64,000 bases of DNA from an uncultured Planctomycetaceae bacterium (GCA_963833985.1 CAWIAD010000001.1:3072001-3136000); one strand, 5' to 3'; numbered from the stretch's first letter, positions 41,941-53,990 are shown. Notes: generated by a model not told the origin, from the letters alone. A program made the numbers and translations.

Positions 41941-42023
41941 GCGTGGGACAAGACTCCATACTTGTCGTTCTTATCGCTGCCTCATCGGCTCATCAATGGC
42001 AAGCCAGGGACCTTGTCTCACGC
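41941..42023. repeat. Second copy of the REP-like inverted-repeat pair; right arm overlaps the sufSE 3' end
   Basis: GCGTGGGACAAGACTCCATACTTGTC (41941-41966) and degenerate inverse GGCAAGCCAGGGACCTTGTCTCACGC (41998-42023). Confidence 0.7.
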
Positions 42024-43796
42024 AAGGTCAGCCCGGCCGCGAAGCTCCGCAAGCGCTTGACCATCTCGGCCAGACCGTTGCGCCGGCTCATGAGGAGGTT
42101 CGTGGTCAGGCCCAGCCTGGCGAGCAGGCTGTTGAGATCAAATTCGATGATCTGGTCCGCCGGCTGGCCGGAGAAAATGGCCTGGAGCAAAGCGATCAGG
42201 CCGCGGACGATCTCGCTGTCGCTGTCGGCCAGGAACTCCACGATGTCGTTCGAGCCCGGGCGCAAGCGGGGGTGGAGAAAGACGATGCTCTGGCAGCCGC
42301 GCACGCGGTGATCCTCGATTTTCAGCTCCTTCGGCATGGCGGGCAGGCCGCGGCCCAGCTCGATCAGGTACGCGTAACGATCGGACCAGTCGTGCAGGTC
42401 CTCGAACTCGGCGGCGAAGTTCTCAGCGGCCGCCTGGATCGAGGCAGCCGATGCCGCGGGATAGTCCACCGAGTGAGAGTCCGGGCAGGGGGGTGATGCG
42501 GGCCGGAGCGGCACGCGAGCCTGCTCGCCGGCGATACGGCCCAGGCAGTCCGCCAGGGCGTCGACTTCCTCGAGGGTGTTGTACACGGAGAACGAGGCAC
42601 GCACGGTGCCGGCCACGCCCAGGCGGTGCATCAGCGGCTGGCAGCAATGGTGGCCGGTACGGACCGCAATGCCTTCAAGGTCAAGCCGCATGCCCACGTC
42701 GAGAGATGAGAGATGTGAATCCTCGAGCACGAACGACACGGCGCCCGACTCGGTGCGCCGGGCGACCCACGAGGCGCACGCCCGGAATGGCGGAGAGCGC
42801 CCGGACGCAGCGATCAACAAGCTCCGCCTCGTGCTCGGCGATGGCCTGACGGTCCTGCCCCTGGAGCCAGTCCAGCGCCGCGGCCAGGCCGATGGCCCCG
42901 GCGACGTGCGGCGTGCCGGCCTCGAACTTCAGTGGGGCGGGTGCGTACGAGGTCTTCTCGAACGTGACGGAGTCGATCATGTCGCCTCCGCCTTGCCATG
43001 GGGGCATCGCCTCGAGATGGTGCAGCTTGCCGTAAAGGACTCCCATGCCCATAGGCCCAAAGATCTTGTGGCCGGAGAACGCGTAGAAGTCGCAGTTGAG
43101 GTCCTGAACGTCAACGTCCACATGAGCCACTGCCTGGGCGCCGTCCACCAGAACGATCGCACCGTGCTGGTGTGCCCGATCGATGATGCGCTTGACCGGG
43201 TTGACAGTCCCGAGCGCATTGGACACGTGGCTGACGGCCACGATCCTGGTGCGACGCGAAAGCATTTCCTCCAGGGATTCGAGGTCGAGCTCGCCATCGT
43301 CGCTGATCGGCACGACGCGGAGCTTCGCGCCGGTCTGCTCGCAGAGGATCTGCCAGGGGACGATATTGGCGTGGTGCTCCATCCAGGTAATCAGCACCTC
43401 ATCACCTGGCTTCACGGTCTGCCGGCCGAAGCAATGCGCCGCCAGGTTGATGGCTTCGGTGGCGCCGCGGACGAAGACGACTTCCCGGTGAGAGGCGGCA
43501 TTGAGGAAACGGGCGATCGTCGTACGGGCCTGTTCGTACCGCTGCGTCGCCTGGTCGCTCAGCTCGTGCACTCCCCGGTGCACGTTGGCACAGCAGCCCT
43601 CGTAAAAGTCGGTCATCGCATCCAGAACGACCTGCGGCTTCTGGGTTGTGGCGGCGTTGTCCAGGTAGATGAGCGGTCTGTCGTGAACCCGGCGGGCGAG
43701 GATCGGAAACTCGCCACGGATCGCCGCCAGATCCAGTCCGGTGCCCCGGACTGCGGTGCGGCTGACTTCCAGGGCGCCGGGGTCGCTACGGTTCAT
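41993..43796 (-). CDS. sufS: SufS-type cysteine desulfurase fused to SufE; frameshift near 42745
   Basis: YLDNAATTQKP, FSGHK (PLP Lys), FEAGTP and RTGHHCCQP, then in the same frame WSDRYAYLIELG, RVRGCQS, DSDSEIVRGL and SRRNGL (SufE). Confidence 0.88.
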
Positions 43797-43869
43797 CAGG
43801 CATTCCTCGGTGTTCGTTTCGCCATACGATCTGGAGTGATGCGCTCATCCGTTCGACAGTCTCCATTCT

Positions 43870-43885
43870 AGCAGATTCAGCGCCG
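43870..43885 (-). promoter_or_regulatory. Possible sigma54 promoter for sufSE
   Basis: CGGCGCTGAATCTGCT (GG-N10-GC), weaker than consensus. Confidence 0.4.
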
Positions 43886-44001
43886 GGACGCCTGCTCCAC
43901 AGCCAAAAGAGAGAACCGGCACGAATTCCCGCCAGGGAGGAAGACGGGCACTTCCTTCCCGTTCTCGATTTGTCCGATTGGAACCAAATGTCTGCTCGCT
44001 G

Positions 44002-44017
44002 TGTGGTGTTTCCGACA
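44002..44017. promoter_or_regulatory. NifA upstream activator sequence
   Basis: TGT-GGTGTTTCCG-ACA (TGT-N10-ACA). Confidence 0.75.
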
Positions 44018-44093
44018 TGACCTGGGCTGGGAGGCCGCCTGTCCGGGTGCGGAAACCCCGGTGTTCCTGCACTTTTCCTGTAGCCGACCGGTT

Positions 44094-44109
44094 CGGCATC
44101 GGCCTTGCT
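44094..44109 (+). promoter_or_regulatory. sigma54 promoter of nifB
   Basis: CGGCATCGGCCTTGCT (GG-N10-GC). Confidence 0.7.
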
Positions 44110-44175
44110 TTGGCCCGATCGAGCCTCGCTACAGCCAACGGGAACGCGCACCGACCGCCCTGGGAGGGCCATCAC

Positions 44176-45654
44176 TTGAAACTCACGGTCCTTGGACAGG
44201 ACGACAACGCCGCGCAGGGGACAGGCTGCTCGGCCTCCTCGTGCGGCAGCACGGCCGACCAGTTCAACCAGCTTCCCCCGTCCATCCGCAGCCGCGTGTA
44301 CAACCATCCCTGCTATTCCGAGCAGGCCCATCACCACTTCGCGCGGATGCACGTGGCCGTGGCGCCGGCCTGTAATATTCAGTGCCACTACTGCAATCGC
44401 AAGTACGATTGTGCAAACGAGTCGCGTCCCGGCGTCGTCTCCGAAGTGCTGACTCCGGAGCAGGCCGTGAAGAAGACGCTCGCGGTGGCGGCGAAGATTC
44501 CCCAGCTGACCGTGCTGGGCATTGCCGGACCGGGCGACCCGCTGGCCAATCCCAGCCGCACGTTCCCCACGTTCCGGATGCTGTCCCAGCAGGCGCCCGA
44601 TATCAAGCTGTGCGTCTCGACCAACGGCCTGGCGCTGCCTGACTGCGTGGACGAGCTGGCGCGGCATAATATCGAACATGTGACGATCACGATCAACTGC
44701 CTGGACCCGGAAGTCGGCCAGCATATCTATCCCTGGGTCTTCTGGAAGCACAAGCGGCTCCGCGGCCGCGCCGCGGCTGCCATCCTCATCGAGCGGCAGC
44801 AGCAGGGGCTGGAAATGCTCGTGGAGCGCGACATCCTGGTGAAGGTGAATTCGGTAATGATCCCCGGCGTGAACGACCAGCACCTCAAGGAGGTGAGCAG
44901 GACGGTCAAGAGCAAGGGGGCCTTCCTGCACAACGTGATGCCACTGATCGCCGAGGCCGAGCACGGAACGTATTACGGCCTCGCGGGCCAGCGCGGACCG
45001 ACCGCGGCCGAGCTCCAGGCATTGCAGGACCAGTGCGCCGGCGACATGAACATGATGCGGCACTGCCGCCAGTGCCGGGCCGATGCGGTCGGCCTCCTGG
45101 GTGAGGATCGGGGCGCGGAGTTCACGCTCGACAAGATCGATGCCCTCGAGATCGACTACGCGGCCGCCATGGAGACTCGCGCTGCGGTCCACCAGGCGAT
45201 TCGCGCGCAGCTTGGAGCCAGCCTCCCCGCGTCGCCGCCGGCGCTTGCGCAAGTTCCCGGCGCAGCGCGCGCGGTGCTCATGGCGGTCGCCAGCCGGGGC
45301 GGAGGGCTCGTCAACGAGCACTTCGGTCACGCGCGCGAGTTCCTCGTTTACGAGGCTTCGCCCGCGGGCGTCCGGTTCATCGGGCATCGCAAGACTGATC
45401 TGTATTGCGGTGGCGGAGACACGTGCGGCGACGCCGAGTCCACGCTCGCCCAGACCATTCGAGCCCTCGAGGGCTGCGTGGCCGTGCTCTGCTCCAAAGT
45501 CGGCTTTGAACCCTGGGAACACCTGGAGGCCGCCGGCATCACTCCCAATGGGGAGCATGCCCTGGAGCCAATCGAGCAGGCCGTCGCGGCAGTTTACCTG
45601 GCCATGTACCAGGAGGGCCGGCTCATCCAGGCCGCCGGTCACAAGGCCGGTTGA
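44176..45654 (+). CDS. nifB: FeMo-cofactor biosynthesis radical SAM protein with NifX-like domain
   Basis: TTG start after GGGAGG; HPCYS, CNIQCHYC, CANESRPG, AGPGDPLAN, MRHCRQCRADAVG and EHFGHA. Confidence 0.95.
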   Translation: MKLTVLGQDDNAAQGTGCSASSCGSTADQFNQLPPSIRSRVYNHPCYSEQAHHHFARMHVAVAPACNIQCHYCNRKYDCANESRPGVVSEVLTPEQAVKKTLAVAAKIPQLTVLGIAGPGDPLANPSRTFPTFRMLSQQAPDIKLCVSTNGLALPDCVDELARHNIEHVTITINCLDPEVGQHIYPWVFWKHKRLRGRAAAAILIERQQQGLEMLVERDILVKVNSVMIPGVNDQHLKEVSRTVKSKGAFLHNVMPLIAEAEHGTYYGLAGQRGPTAAELQALQDQCAGDMNMMRHCRQCRADAVGLLGEDRGAEFTLDKIDALEIDYAAAMETRAAVHQAIRAQLGASLPASPPALAQVPGAARAVLMAVASRGGGLVNEHFGHAREFLVYEASPAGVRFIGHRKTDLYCGGGDTCGDAESTLAQTIRALEGCVAVLCSKVGFEPWEHLEAAGITPNGEHALEPIEQAVAAVYLAMYQEGRLIQAAGHKAG

Positions 45655-45680
45655 ACGCCAGCGCAGGAAAGGATCGATCC

Positions 45681-45959
45681 ATGGCACTGAAGATCAACGA
45701 CCAGTGTGTGAATTGCTGGGCATGCTTCGACGTGTGCCCCACGCAGTCGATCTCGCCGGGCAAGCAGCACGCCCACTTCTTCATCGACCCGCGCAGCTGC
45801 ACCGAATGCGAGGGATCGTTCCAGGACCCCCAGTGTGCCTCGATCTGTCCGATCGAGGGCGCGATTGTCCGCAAAGGGGTTCCGCTCAATCCTCCCGGCT
45901 CGCTCAGCGGTCTCGACCCGGAGTGGGTCCGCCAGAGACTGAGCGGCCAGCCAAGCTGA
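45681..45959 (+). CDS. fdxN: 2[4Fe-4S] ferredoxin downstream of nifB
   Basis: CVNCWACFDVCP and CTECEG...PQCASICP. Confidence 0.8.
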   Translation: MALKINDQCVNCWACFDVCPTQSISPGKQHAHFFIDPRSCTECEGSFQDPQCASICPIEGAIVRKGVPLNPPGSLSGLDPEWVRQRLSGQPS

Positions 45960-46050
45960 GTCTCCGGCTGCAAAGCGGCCGCCCGTTGAATCCTGGTACC
46001 AGGGTCCCACGGGCGGTCAGCAAGGAGAGGTTCGATTTCCCCGCCAGCGC

Positions 46051-46926
46051 TCAGCCGGCCAGCACGGCCTCCGTTTGCGTCCAGGTCGTCCGGTCGTGTG
46101 CGGCGTGGATCAGGTCGGTGATGGTGCACTCGAGGATCTCGATCTGCTTGGACTGGCAATAGCGGCGTTCCTTGGCGGTCGGCTCGGGAATCAGTGCCCA
46201 GCCCGCGGGAGAGTCGGCGTCGACGACGATGTCGGAGAGGATCATCCGCTGCGTGTCGCGTTTCATACGCACGCCGGCGATGAGGTATTGCTTGCCCTGG
46301 CGATGCTGCTTGACGAAGCCCGGCACGGCGAAGCCGCCCATGAGCTCGGTGATGTAGTCGACGAAGTCGGCATCCGAGGCGATATAAGTGGGCTCGGGGT
46401 GGGGAGTGCCCAGGGGCTTGAAGAGAATGGGCAGATCAGGGTTGGCCGAGTCGGGGCCCACCTCGCGGTAGGTCTCGCCGTCATACTCCCAGATGCGGAA
46501 CCGGTAATCCGAGGCCATGATCCGGGCCACGCCCGTCACCAGGGTGTGGCGGCGGTTCGCGTAACGGTGCTGGAGCAGCGCATCGCGATTGGTGTCGACA
46601 ATGTAGGGAAGCCGGAGCGAGCTCAGCCACTCGTGCACCGCGCCTCCGGTCCAGGGAGAGCTGTAGACTCGCGTCAGAAACGATGAGAGGAACCGGCGTC
46701 CCTTCTTGAGCTCGAAGTGCATGGCGGCTCGGGGGAACTCGGTCATCAGCTTGGGGCTGATCGGCCGCCCCTCGGTCATCGCCAGGATGAGCGGCTCGTC
46801 GGCCGCGGGGATCGGTGCGCCCGTCCCGGAGTGGATCACGTCGTCCAGGACCTGCGGGCCGAGGTACGGAATCACCTGGCCGGATCGCAGTCCCGCAAGA
46901 ATATGGTCGAATCGACTGGAAGGCAT
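46051..46926 (-). CDS. nif-associated SIR2-like domain protein
   Basis: VIPYLGP, IVDTNRD, ILFKPLG and ASDADFVD; resembles the SIR2_2-type fold. Confidence 0.7.
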   Translation of the reverse strand: MPSSRFDHILAGLRSGQVIPYLGPQVLDDVIHSGTGAPIPAADEPLILAMTEGRPISPKLMTEFPRAAMHFELKKGRRFLSSFLTRVYSSPWTGGAVHEWLSSLRLPYIVDTNRDALLQHRYANRRHTLVTGVARIMASDYRFRIWEYDGETYREVGPDSANPDLPILFKPLGTPHPEPTYIASDADFVDYITELMGGFAVPGFVKQHRQGKQYLIAGVRMKRDTQRMILSDIVVDADSPAGWALIPEPTAKERRYCQSKQIEILECTITDLIHAAHDRTTWTQTEAVLAG

Positions 46927-47004
46927 ACGTGTTTCCTTTCTCTGGTGTGGTCGTCTGTCTGCCCCAGCTCCGCTGCCGTGGGGAACTTCCTCGTTTCCGC
47001 CTGA

Positions 47005-47020
47005 AGCAAGCGACGTGCCA
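47005..47020 (-). promoter_or_regulatory. sigma54 promoter of the SIR2-like gene
   Basis: TGGCACGTCGCTTGCT, consensus. Confidence 0.8.
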
Positions 47021-47096
47021 GCCGCCGATCCGGCCCGCACAGGCCGCTCAGGGCGGCAACGAGCACGGCTGGCGCCGTGTCGCACAGCCAGCACCG

Positions 47097-47141
47097 CGTC
47101 GGAAACCCGACACAGCACCGCCCAATGTGGCAACTCCCACA
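47097..47141. promoter_or_regulatory. Tandem NifA UAS between divergent promoters
   Basis: CGTCGGAAACCCGACA (one mismatch) and TGTGGCAACTCCCACA (47126-47141). Confidence 0.75.
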
Positions 47142-47229
47142 CAATCCGACCCGCGGCTCACGGGATCATCGAGGCTGCCGGCCTCTATTCCAGGCTGCGC
47201 ACGCTTCCTTCGCGAGATGTATTTCGTGT

Positions 47230-47244
47230 TGGCACGGTCCTTGC
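47230..47244 (+). promoter_or_regulatory. sigma54 promoter of nifH
   Basis: TGGCACGGTCCTTGC. Confidence 0.85.
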
Positions 47245-47320
47245 GAGGTCCACGTCGGTCGCCCACGACGCTAGCTTCAGCAATGGAGCCGATTGACATC
47301 TACATACTCAGGAGACTTGA

Positions 47321-48223
<903 letters not shown>

Positions 48224-48351
48224 GCCCCAAATTGCGGCCCATCCTCCTCTCCCACCGGCCGTGGCCTGCGACCCAGGCCAGATCCTTCCATCGTCTTCCA
48301 GTCCTCTCCAGCGCCATCCGAGACCCATCCCCGATTTCGCAGGAGCCCTCC

Positions 48352-49803
48352 ATGTCCGTGATGACTCGAGAAGAAACCGAGGCCTTGATTCAAGAGGTGC
48401 TCGAGGTGTACCCGAGCGCCGCCCGCGAGGACCGGGCCAAGCACCTGGCCGCCAACGACCCCGAGCTCGCCCAGTCGAAGAAGTGCATCACCTCGAACAA
48501 GAAATCGCTTCCCGGCATGATGACGATCCGCGGCTGCGCCTACGCCGGCTCGAAAGGCGTCGTCTGGGGACCGATCAAGGACATGATCCACATCTCGCAC
48601 GGTCCTGTCGGCTGCGGCCAGTACTCCCGCGCCGGGCGGCGCAATTACTACATCGGCACGACGGGCGTGAACACGTTCGTCACCATGAACTTCACCTCCG
48701 ATTTTCAGGAGAAGGACATCGTCTTCGGCGGCGACAAGAAGCTCACCGCGCTGATCGGCGAGGTCGAAACCCTCTTCCCGCTCAACAAGGGAATCACGGT
48801 CCAGTCCGAATGCCCGATCGGACTGATTGGCGATGACATCGAGGCGGTTTCCAGGAAGGTCTCGAAGGAGATCGGCAAGCGGGTCGTGCCGGTGCGGTGC
48901 GAGGGCTTCCGGGGCGTTTCACAGTCGCTTGGCCACCACATCGCCAACGACTCGATCCGCGACCACGTCTTCACCGACGGCATCGAGGACCGCGCGACCG
49001 CCTGGCAGCCTTCGGATTACGACGTCTCGATCATTGGCGACTACAACATTGGCGGCGATGCCTGGTCGTCACGCACCTTGCTGGAAGAGATGGGCCTGCG
49101 CGTGGTTGCCCAGTGGTCGGGCGACGGCACGATCGCCGAGCTGGAAAACACGCCCAAGGTCAAGCTCAACCTGCTGCATTGCTATCGCTCCATGAACTAC
49201 ATCTCGCGGCACATGGAGGAGAAGTACGGTATTCCCTGGGTGGAGTACAATTTCTTCGGGCCCACCAAGATCGCCGAGTCGCTGCGGAGCATCGCGCAGC
49301 ACTTCGATGCGTCCATTCAGGAGGGCGCGGAGCGGGTGATCGAGAAGTACCGTCCCGAGTTCGAGGCGGTCGTCGAGAAGTACAAGCCGCGGCTGAAGGG
49401 CAAGCGGGTGATGCTCTTCGTCGGCGGCCTGCGGCCGCGCCACGTCATCGGCGCCTATGAAGACCTGGGCATGGAGGTGGTTGGCACCGGCTACGAATTC
49501 GGCCACAACGACGACTACGACCGCACGCTCAAGGAGATGGGCAACGCCACCCTGCTCTATGACGACGTCACCGGCTACGAGTTCGAGGAGTTCGTCAAGA
49601 AGATCAAGCCTGATCTCATCGGCTCGGGCATCAAGGAGAAGTACATCTTCCAGAAGATGGGCATCCCCTTCCGGCAGATGCACTCGTGGGACTACTCCGG
49701 TCCGTACCACGGCTACGACGGCTTCGCCATCTTCGCCCGCGACATGGACATGACGCTGAACAACCCGTGCTGGAACCAGATCCGGCCGCCCTGGAAGTCA
49801 TGA
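48352..49803 (+). CDS. nifD: Nitrogenase MoFe protein alpha chain
   Basis: RGCAYAG, PVGC, QSECP, GHHIAND, LHCYRSM, GGLRPRH and QMHSWDY. Confidence 0.99.
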   Translation: MSVMTREETEALIQEVLEVYPSAAREDRAKHLAANDPELAQSKKCITSNKKSLPGMMTIRGCAYAGSKGVVWGPIKDMIHISHGPVGCGQYSRAGRRNYYIGTTGVNTFVTMNFTSDFQEKDIVFGGDKKLTALIGEVETLFPLNKGITVQSECPIGLIGDDIEAVSRKVSKEIGKRVVPVRCEGFRGVSQSLGHHIANDSIRDHVFTDGIEDRATAWQPSDYDVSIIGDYNIGGDAWSSRTLLEEMGLRVVAQWSGDGTIAELENTPKVKLNLLHCYRSMNYISRHMEEKYGIPWVEYNFFGPTKIAESLRSIAQHFDASIQEGAERVIEKYRPEFEAVVEKYKPRLKGKRVMLFVGGLRPRHVIGAYEDLGMEVVGTGYEFGHNDDYDRTLKEMGNATLLYDDVTGYEFEEFVKKIKPDLIGSGIKEKYIFQKMGIPFRQMHSWDYSGPYHGYDGFAIFARDMDMTLNNPCWNQIRPPWKS

Positions 49804-49870
49804 CCCGGCCGCGCACCGCCACGGAACGACGCCTGGAGCAGACGCATACACCCCGAAGGGAGCGAGTCCC

Positions 49871-51442
49871 ATGAGCCAGAATGTGGAAGCAATCAAGCCC
49901 TGCTTTCCCCTCTTTCGCGAACAGGAATACAAGGATAGCCTCGCGCGCAAGAAGGAGCTGTACGAGGAAGCTCACGACGCCGGCAAGATCCGCGAGGTCT
50001 TCGAGTGGACCACGACGGCCGAGTACCAGGAGCTCAATTTCAATCGCCAGGCCCTGACCGTGAACCCGGCGAAGGCCTGCCAGCCTCTGGGCGCGGTGCT
50101 GTGTGCCCTGGGGTTCGAGAAAACCCTCCCCTACGTCCATGGCTCGCAAGGCTGCGTCGCCTACTTCCGGACGTATTTCAACCGCCACTTCAAGGAGCCG
50201 ATCTCCTGCGTTTCCGACTCGATGACCGAGGACGCGGCGGTCTTCGGCGGCCAGAAGAACATGTTCGCCGGCCTGGAGAATGCCCGGGCGGTCTACAAGC
50301 CCGACATGATCGCCGTGAGCACGACGTGCATGGCCGAGGTCATCGGCGACGACCTGAACGCGTTCATCAACAACGCCAGGAAGAACGGGCACGTCCCCGA
50401 GGAGTATCCCGTGCCGTTCGCGCACACCCCGAGCTTCGTGGGCAGCCACACCACGGGCTGGGACAACATGATGGAGGGGATCCTTCGCTTCTTCACGCTC
50501 AACCACATGGAAGGCAAGCGGGCCGGCACCAACGCCAAGATCAATATCGTTCCCGGCTTCGAGACCTACCTGGGCAACTTCCGCGTGATCAAGCGGATGC
50601 TGCGCGAGATGGACGTTCCGTTCACGTTCCTGTCCGATCCGGAAGAGGTGCTCGACACGCCGGCCGACGGCCAGTTCCGGATGTACGCCGGAGGCACCAC
50701 GCAGGAGGAGGTGAAGGACGCTCCCAATTCGTCCGCCACGTTCCTGCTCCAGCCCTGGCAGCTCGACAAGACGGCGAAGTACGTTGAGAACACATGGGGC
50801 CACGAGATCCCGATCACGCACATCCCCATGGGGCTGGAGTGGACCGACCAGTTCCTCATGAAGGTCTCCGAGGTGACCGGCAAGCCCATCCCGGCATCGC
50901 TCGAGAAGGAGCGCGGCCGGCTCGTCGACATGATGACCGACTCGCACACCTGGCTGCACGGCAAGACCTTCGCGCTCTGGGGCGACCCGGACTTCGTGAT
51001 GGGGCTGTGCAAGTTCCTCACGGAGGTGGGAGCCGAGCCCACTCACGTCATCTGCCACAACGGCAACAAGCGGTGGCGCAAGGAACTCATGGGGCTGCTC
51101 GCCGAGTCGCCCTACGGCAAGAAGGCCGAGGTGCACATCGGCCGCGACCTCTGGCACCTGCGCTCGCTGGTCTTCACCGACAAGCCTGACTTCATGATCG
51201 GCAACTCGTATGGCAAGTTCATCCAGCGCGACACGATCACCAAGGGACCCGAGTTCGAGGTCCCGCTGATCCGGCTCGGCTTCCCGATCTTCGACCGCCA
51301 TCACCTGCACCGCGACACGACGCTTGGCTACGAGGGCGCGATGCACATGCTGCGGACGGTCGTCAACGCCGTTCTTGAAAAGCTCGACCATGACACCCGC
51401 GGCATGGGTACGACCGACTACAACTACGACCTGATCCGCTGA
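49871..51442 (+). CDS. nifK: Nitrogenase MoFe protein beta chain
   Basis: NPAKACQPLG, HGSQGC, TTCMAEVIGDD, GFPIFDRH and NYDLIR; long group I N-terminus. Confidence 0.99.
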   Translation: MSQNVEAIKPCFPLFREQEYKDSLARKKELYEEAHDAGKIREVFEWTTTAEYQELNFNRQALTVNPAKACQPLGAVLCALGFEKTLPYVHGSQGCVAYFRTYFNRHFKEPISCVSDSMTEDAAVFGGQKNMFAGLENARAVYKPDMIAVSTTCMAEVIGDDLNAFINNARKNGHVPEEYPVPFAHTPSFVGSHTTGWDNMMEGILRFFTLNHMEGKRAGTNAKINIVPGFETYLGNFRVIKRMLREMDVPFTFLSDPEEVLDTPADGQFRMYAGGTTQEEVKDAPNSSATFLLQPWQLDKTAKYVENTWGHEIPITHIPMGLEWTDQFLMKVSEVTGKPIPASLEKERGRLVDMMTDSHTWLHGKTFALWGDPDFVMGLCKFLTEVGAEPTHVICHNGNKRWRKELMGLLAESPYGKKAEVHIGRDLWHLRSLVFTDKPDFMIGNSYGKFIQRDTITKGPEFEVPLIRLGFPIFDRHHLHRDTTLGYEGAMHMLRTVVNAVLEKLDHDTRGMGTTDYNYDLIR

Positions 51443-51489
51443 GCCTGCCGCTTTGACCGACTGAACCTTCTTTCCTCGAGGAATCTGCA

Positions 51490-51702
51490 ATGCCCAAGGT
51501 GATGCTCCGCCGGGCGGCGTCCGGCAGCCTCGTCTTCTACGTCGCCAAGAAAGACCTGGAAGACGAGGTGGCCTCGCTCGAGTTCGACCAGCCGGACAAA
51601 TGGGGCGGCGAACTGGTGCTGCGCGACGGATCGCGCTATTTCGTCGAGCCGTTCGACGCCCCGCCCCGGCTCCCCCTGACCGTGCAGGCGCAAAAGCTTT
51701 GA
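51490..51702 (+). CDS. nifT: NifT/FixU
   Basis: MPKVML..YVAKKDLE..WGG..LPLTV. Confidence 0.9.
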   Translation: MPKVMLRRAASGSLVFYVAKKDLEDEVASLEFDQPDKWGGELVLRDGSRYFVEPFDAPPRLPLTVQAQKL

Positions 51703-51730
51703 CGGGTCCTCGTTTCCGGGAGAATCAAGC

Positions 51731-52471
51731 ATGGGACTCTCGTTTTCACGCGAAACCGCGCTGCGGATTGGCAAGGCGGCGCAGGCCCTGCCGGGCGTGC
51801 CCGTGGCCGACCTGGTCGACGGACTGGCCAGGGAGCTGGGCTGGCCCCTGGATGAAGGCGTTCTCGATCGCGTGACCGTCAGCCAGCTGCGCAATGCCCT
51901 CGTCCAGGGCGGGCCTGGCGCCGCTGAACCCAGGTCGCCCTCCGCCGCGCTCGCCGATCGTTTCTCGATCGAGCGGCTCAAGGAAGTGGTCGAGATCCTC
52001 TGGGGCCAGAGGGAACAGGAGCAGGCGGAGCCCCCACTCGATGACTTCGCGGACGGGGCGATGCCCGGCTCGGTCCGGGTGGCCGTCGCCTCGGACGCGG
52101 GCGAGGAGATCGACGCCCATTTCGGCTCAGCCCGGCGCTACCTGGTCTACCAGGTGTCCCCGGGCGAAGCCCGGCTCATCGACATTCGCCGCACCGACGA
52201 TCCGGGCGAGACCCGAGACGGCACCGAGTTCCGCGTCGGGCTCATCGACGATTGCCACGTGCTCCTGGTGCAGTCGATCGGCGGGCCGGCCGCGGCCAAG
52301 GTCATCAACGCCGGGATCTACCCGCTGAAGCAGGCAGGAGGCGGCCCCGCACGCGTCTTCCTGGCCACTCTCCAGGCACGGATGGCCACAAGCCCGCCTC
52401 CCTGGCTGGCCAAGGCAATGAACGTCCCGCTCGAGGACCGCATTCGTCTCCACTCCGAGGCCGAGGTGTGA
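51731..52471 (+). CDS. nifY: NifY/NafY apo-dinitrogenase chaperone
   Basis: [10 protein letters not shown]-domain; [23 protein letters not shown] and PPPWLAK; position after nifT. Confidence 0.82.
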   Translation: MGLSFSRETALRIGKAAQALPGVPVADLVDGLARELGWPLDEGVLDRVTVSQLRNALVQGGPGAAEPRSPSAALADRFSIERLKEVVEILWGQREQEQAEPPLDDFADGAMPGSVRVAVASDAGEEIDAHFGSARRYLVYQVSPGEARLIDIRRTDDPGETRDGTEFRVGLIDDCHVLLVQSIGGPAAAKVINAGIYPLKQAGGGPARVFLATLQARMATSPPPWLAKAMNVPLEDRIRLHSEAEV

Positions 52472-52565
52472 AACGCCCTGCCGGCCCCACGGAACCGCAT
52501 CGCGACACCTGAAACCGGTAACGCGGCATCTGCTCACCGAGAGGATCCTGAATCCAGGAGCCGGT

Positions 52566-53978
52566 ATGACTTCCAAAGATGTGGCCGAGCTGCTCAACGA
52601 GCCGGCCTGCGAACACAACAAGAAGGAGAAGTCTGGCTGTGCCAGGCTGAAGCCAGGCTCGACGGCCGGCGGATGCGCCTTCGACGGCGCCCAGATCGCG
52701 CTCATCCCGGTCGCCGACGTGGCCCACATCGTGCACGGACCGATCGCCTGCGCAGGCAGCTCGTGGGACAATCGCGGCACCCGGTCCTCGGGTCCGGAGC
52801 TCTACCGCATCGGCATGACCACCGACCTTACCGAGCAGGACGTGATCATGGGCCGGGGTGAGGAGCGGCTCTTCCATTCGATCAAGCAGGCGATCGACGA
52901 CCATGCCCCGGCCGCCGTCTTCGTGTACAACACCTGCGTCCCCGCACTCATCGGCGACGACGTGGAGGCCGTCTGCAAGGCCGCCAACCAGCGCTGGGGG
53001 GTGCCGGTGGTCCCCATCGACTGCGCCGGCTTCTTCGGCACGAAGAACCTGGGGAACCGCATCGCCGGCGACGCCATGCTCAAACATGTGATCGGTACCC
53101 GCGAGCCCGACCCGCTACCGCAGGGAATGCCCGCCGGCATCAGCGTGCACGACATCAACCTGATCGGCGAGTACAACATCGCCGGCGAGCTGTGGCACGT
53201 CCTGCCGCTCTTCGACGAGCTGGGCCTGCGCGTCCTCTGCACGCTTTCCGGGGACGCCCGGTTCCGCGAGATCCAGACCATGCACCGTGCCAGGGCGAAC
53301 ATGATGGTCTGCTCGAAAGCCCTGCTCAACGTGGCTCGAAAGCTCGAGCAGAAGTATGGAACGCCCTGGTTCGAGGGATCGATCTACGGCGTGGCCGACA
53401 CCTCGGCGGCGCTTCGGGATTTCGCCCGGATCATCGCCGATCCGGACCTGACACGCCGCACCGCAGCGCTCGTCGCGCGAGAGGAGGCCAGGATCCACGA
53501 GGCGCTCGAGCCCTGGCGCACCCGGCTCAAAGGTAAGCGGGTGTTGCTCTACACCGGGGGCGTCAAATCGTGGTCGATCATCTCGGCACTTCAGGACCTG
53601 GGGATGGATGTGGTCGCCACCGGAACCACCAAGTCGACCGAGGAGGACAAGAAGCGGATTCGCGAGCTCATGGGCGAGCAGGTGAAGATGATTGACGACG
53701 GCAATCCCCGTGCGCTCTTGAAACTGGTACGGGAGCTTGACGCTGACATCCTGATTGCCGGTGGCCGCAACATGTACACCGCGCTCAAAGCCAGGATCCC
53801 GTTCCTGGACATCAACCAGGAGCGGGATTTCGGTTACGCCGGCTACACCGGCATGCTCGAGCTGGCCCGCCAGCTCACGAACACCCTGGAGAGCCCGGTC
53901 TGGGAAGCGGCGACCCGACCGACACCCTGGCAGTCCGCCAGCGACATCATTCCCGCCCAACGGCGGCTTCGCGCGTGA
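52566..53978 (+). CDS. nifE: FeMo-cofactor scaffold NifE
   Basis: [36 protein letters not shown] and YTGGVKSWS. Confidence 0.97.
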   Translation: MTSKDVAELLNEPACEHNKKEKSGCARLKPGSTAGGCAFDGAQIALIPVADVAHIVHGPIACAGSSWDNRGTRSSGPELYRIGMTTDLTEQDVIMGRGEERLFHSIKQAIDDHAPAAVFVYNTCVPALIGDDVEAVCKAANQRWGVPVVPIDCAGFFGTKNLGNRIAGDAMLKHVIGTREPDPLPQGMPAGISVHDINLIGEYNIAGELWHVLPLFDELGLRVLCTLSGDARFREIQTMHRARANMMVCSKALLNVARKLEQKYGTPWFEGSIYGVADTSAALRDFARIIADPDLTRRTAALVAREEARIHEALEPWRTRLKGKRVLLYTGGVKSWSIISALQDLGMDVVATGTTKSTEEDKKRIRELMGEQVKMIDDGNPRALLKLVRELDADILIAGGRNMYTALKARIPFLDINQERDFGYAGYTGMLELARQLTNTLESPVWEAATRPTPWQSASDIIPAQRRLRA

Positions 53979-53990
53979 GGAGGTCGGAAC

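Noticed and set aside
46051..46926. SIR2 anti-phage defence system
   Set aside because: No pAgo, HerA or TIR partner; it sits in a NifA/sigma54 context.
48262..48280. Hairpin between nifH and nifD as a terminator
   Set aside because: Only a 7-bp stem with no U-tract; at most an mRNA stability element.
48352..51442. Alternative V- or Fe-only nitrogenase
   Set aside because: No vnfG/anfG between D and K; sequences are Mo-type and nifEN is present.
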